Positions 61,425-64,000 of a stretch of DNA of 64,000 nucleotides are shown in pieces (position 1 is the first letter of the stretch; each line of letters starts with the position of its first letter). A model generated the notes under the pieces. That model was not told the origin of the DNA and did not search any database. It saw only the letters and a list, made by a program, of their open reading frames with translations. A program made the translations under genes and the position numbers. This stretch comes from Hamiltosporidium tvaerminnensis FI-OER-3-3 (taxonomy: Eukaryota > Fungi > Microsporidia). The stretch is taken from positions 186,001-250,000 of the forward strand of contig CM061256.1 of the NCBI GenBank assembly GCA_022605425.2. Direction: 5' to 3'.

Positions 61425-62683
61425 ATGAAGAAGTCTGTAAATTTGGTTTCCACATTATTTTTGTTTTTAGTAAAAGCGCATTTATACACTTTAAAAAACT
61501 TCGATAAGGATATGGAGAAAAAATTGAAGGAAACATATATTATGTCTGAACGAACATTACAGAATTTTTCCGACTCCGACTTTTATGATATTAAACTTGA
61601 TGAGTGCCGCCTAACATCGGAAATTAATGAGCTAATTTATCAATTTATAATTTCATCAACCTCTAGAAATTTTAAAATATTTTTAGACTTCGATTCTAAA
61701 CCCCAAAGAGCAGAAAAAATTCCTGATGCTTTGTATTTTTATGGTCTTAAAAAACAAAAACAGAATAATTTGGCTTTTGAGATAAATTATATTTGTGAGG
61801 TAAAAGACAATCATTCTGTTTATAATAAAAAACATTTTGTTTTTCCAAATAAAATTTTGAGCCATGTTACGAATCTATTACTTAATGTTACCTTAATATT
61901 TCGAAAATTTTACACATGCTTCTTCAGTTTTGGTGGTATTTCTCGTAGATATAGTTCCGGTAACTATAGATTTATGATATTTGATTCAAATTTCAAGTTT
62001 AAAAACATTGTTGGGCTACCTATGAAAAAATTAGAGCCACAGATGGATTTTCTGTTCGCAGGGACAAGGCTGTAACTGGAACAAAATTGAAATTAAACGG
62101 AAAACTACCAAAATTTCAGAACATAAATGACTACAATTCGGTTTTAAAAGAAAAAATCGATCTATTTTCGACACTTAAAAAAAATTATTTGATAAAAGCT
62201 TATTGGAGATTCAAAAGTAGGGTAGCCGAAAATAAAAATCAAAAAATTAATACAGAAGTATATTATTTTCAATTAGAAGCATTTTATTCGAATTGTATTC
62301 AAGAGTTGAATAAATCAACAGACCTGGATTTCATTAATCTAATTTCAAAAAAAGTTTATTCAATAGAATATAAATCACATTGTGAAGGATCTTTTGATTC
62401 TACTCATTATAATAGAGAGATTACCATTTATTTTAGTTGGCATCATATGCGAAGTTATTTTCGATTTTATCGTGAAGAAAACTCTACGAAATATATTTTC
62501 AAATCTTCTCTTTTTGACCATTTTGAATTGTTTGAAATGATTGTTGATGGATATCTGAACATAACTGATGTAAAAGATAAAGTTAAAAAAAATATAATAT
62601 TAAAAAAGGGATTAATTATCGATAGGTATGAAAATATTTGCCATGAGTTTTTAAATGAGCTTTGTTGTCGAATGGGTATGTAA
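61425..62683 (+). pseudogene. Secreted hypothetical protein split by one frameshift (pseudogene or homopolymer error)
   Basis: Signal-peptide-like MKKSVNLVSTLFLFLVKA. The second frame is open from ~62003, overlaps the end of ORF1 (stop at 62075) and continues to 62683; its track start is TTG. Confidence 0.6.
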
Positions 62684-63877
62684 ATAAACGAGTTTATTAA
62701 ATATTTTTTCTTTCTAATTTGTACATTGAATTTAATTCCTAATTCACATTTGGAAAGGCTAGCTAGCGATGCATTTGAGAATTATCTTCATAATAAGTAT
62801 TTGCTTAAAAATCTTGTAACTAAAATCAAAAAATACATTTTTTAAGAATATCTGTAGTTACAATAATTATTTTGTAGCTGATTGATTGGATAATAGTTTA
62901 AGCGCTGATGTTTCATTTTATGTTCGAAAAAGACAGTTTGCTAATAATCGATACATAATTTTTCTTATAGTAATTGTTTTAAATCGATTTACATCAAGTT
63001 TATAAAAACAAAAAATTATGTGCAACTCTAAGAAAAATTAATTAAGTCTTATGTTACACTATCAATCAATTTTTTAGTTGAGCAGTATAAAGGGAAATAA
63101 AATAGTTATTTACGAGAATTAAGCATAATTTAATTCCTCTTGTTACACAAGTATTTGGACTTTTTAATAATTTTTTTATTTAACTCTAGACATACCTTGA
63201 GCTTAACATGATTAAATAGCGAATTAAATTCTCTAAAGGTATTCAGGTTGCTAGTTATTTTGGATTTAAATAAATTCTAAGGTTTCATATTAAATGAGTT
63301 AAAATGTACATCTTGGTATTTTTTATGTAAAATCTGTTTATTACTATTTCAAACCTCTGTGATTCTACAAATTAAAATTGATACTTAAGCATAGTCTTGA
63401 TGAAATTTGATACTTAATCAATAAAAAATAAATCTGAATAATTTTTAAAATACTCACTTGTTTTTTATGAGCATTTACGAATGTATTTTTATGATTTATT
63501 AGATCTAAGTTTTTTTTTCTGTATTTCGTTTCATATTTAACAATCAAAATATGTAATTAAGAAATTCTTACTTTTAAATACGTATTTTTAATTTTTTAAT
63601 GAATATATTTTTTTATTAGGAATTAGTAATATATTTTTATTTTTGTTATAGATTTTAAATCCTTTCTAAATTTTTTTAATTAAACATCTATAAAATGCTA
63701 TAATTTTAACCAAAAAATATAACAAAAGAAGTAAATTTCTATTATTTTAACATTAAATAACTTTTAAGTGTTGTTTTTACTGATCTTTATTCTAGTTCTA
63801 AAACCGATAAGCTTCTGATCGATTCTACTGAAATTATAATGCAGAATCTCATATTGATGTATTTATCTAAATAGATT

Positions 63878-64000
63878 TTCCCTAACAATGCTAGGAACAG
63901 AATTGGCTTAGAGTATTCTTTGCTTGTCGTAGGAGGCGACTAAAAGTGACTGATCTTCAAGTTTGGAATTGGGCGTAGGGCTAACAACCTACCCTCTAAA
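63878..64000 (+). mobile_element. SINE family 1, copy 3 (cut by the window end)
   Basis: CAGAATTGGCTT..AGTATTCTTTGCTTGTCGTAGGAGGCGACTAAAAG...GGGCGTAGGGCTAACAACC. Confidence 0.8.

Overview
Very AT-rich eukaryotic DNA with intronless ORFs and CCC motifs just upstream of start codons. This is consistent with a large-genome microsporidian (Hamiltosporidium-like; inference, not a database result). The window has two compartments. (1) Core-gene islands at ~1-24 kb and ~57-60 kb: a PUF protein, a U1 snRNA, tRNA-Asn, an R2R3 Myb, a TBC Rab-GAP, a tetraspanin, a Bfr1-like coiled-coil protein, TAF5 and a PWWP protein. These genes are wrapped in minisatellites built on a TAACACCC / GGGTGTTA core with a consistent C-rich-left, G-rich-right polarity. 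(2) An accessory zone at ~24-57 kb and ~60-64 kb: two paralogous ~800-aa LRR-like genes, broken secreted-protein genes, a dead RTE LINE and two RTE-type SINE families, one headed by a degenerate twister-ribozyme-like motif. Two repeat families occur in both compartments: R4/Dong-type LINE copies (the near-full-length one sits among core genes at ~18-22 kb) and an unclassified ~700-bp structured non-coding repeat (6 copies plus a fragment). The most notable observations are the full-fold U1 snRNA lacking the canonical U1-70K loop, the telomere-polarity repeat and skew architecture around core genes, the ~700-bp repeat, and the twister-like SINE.
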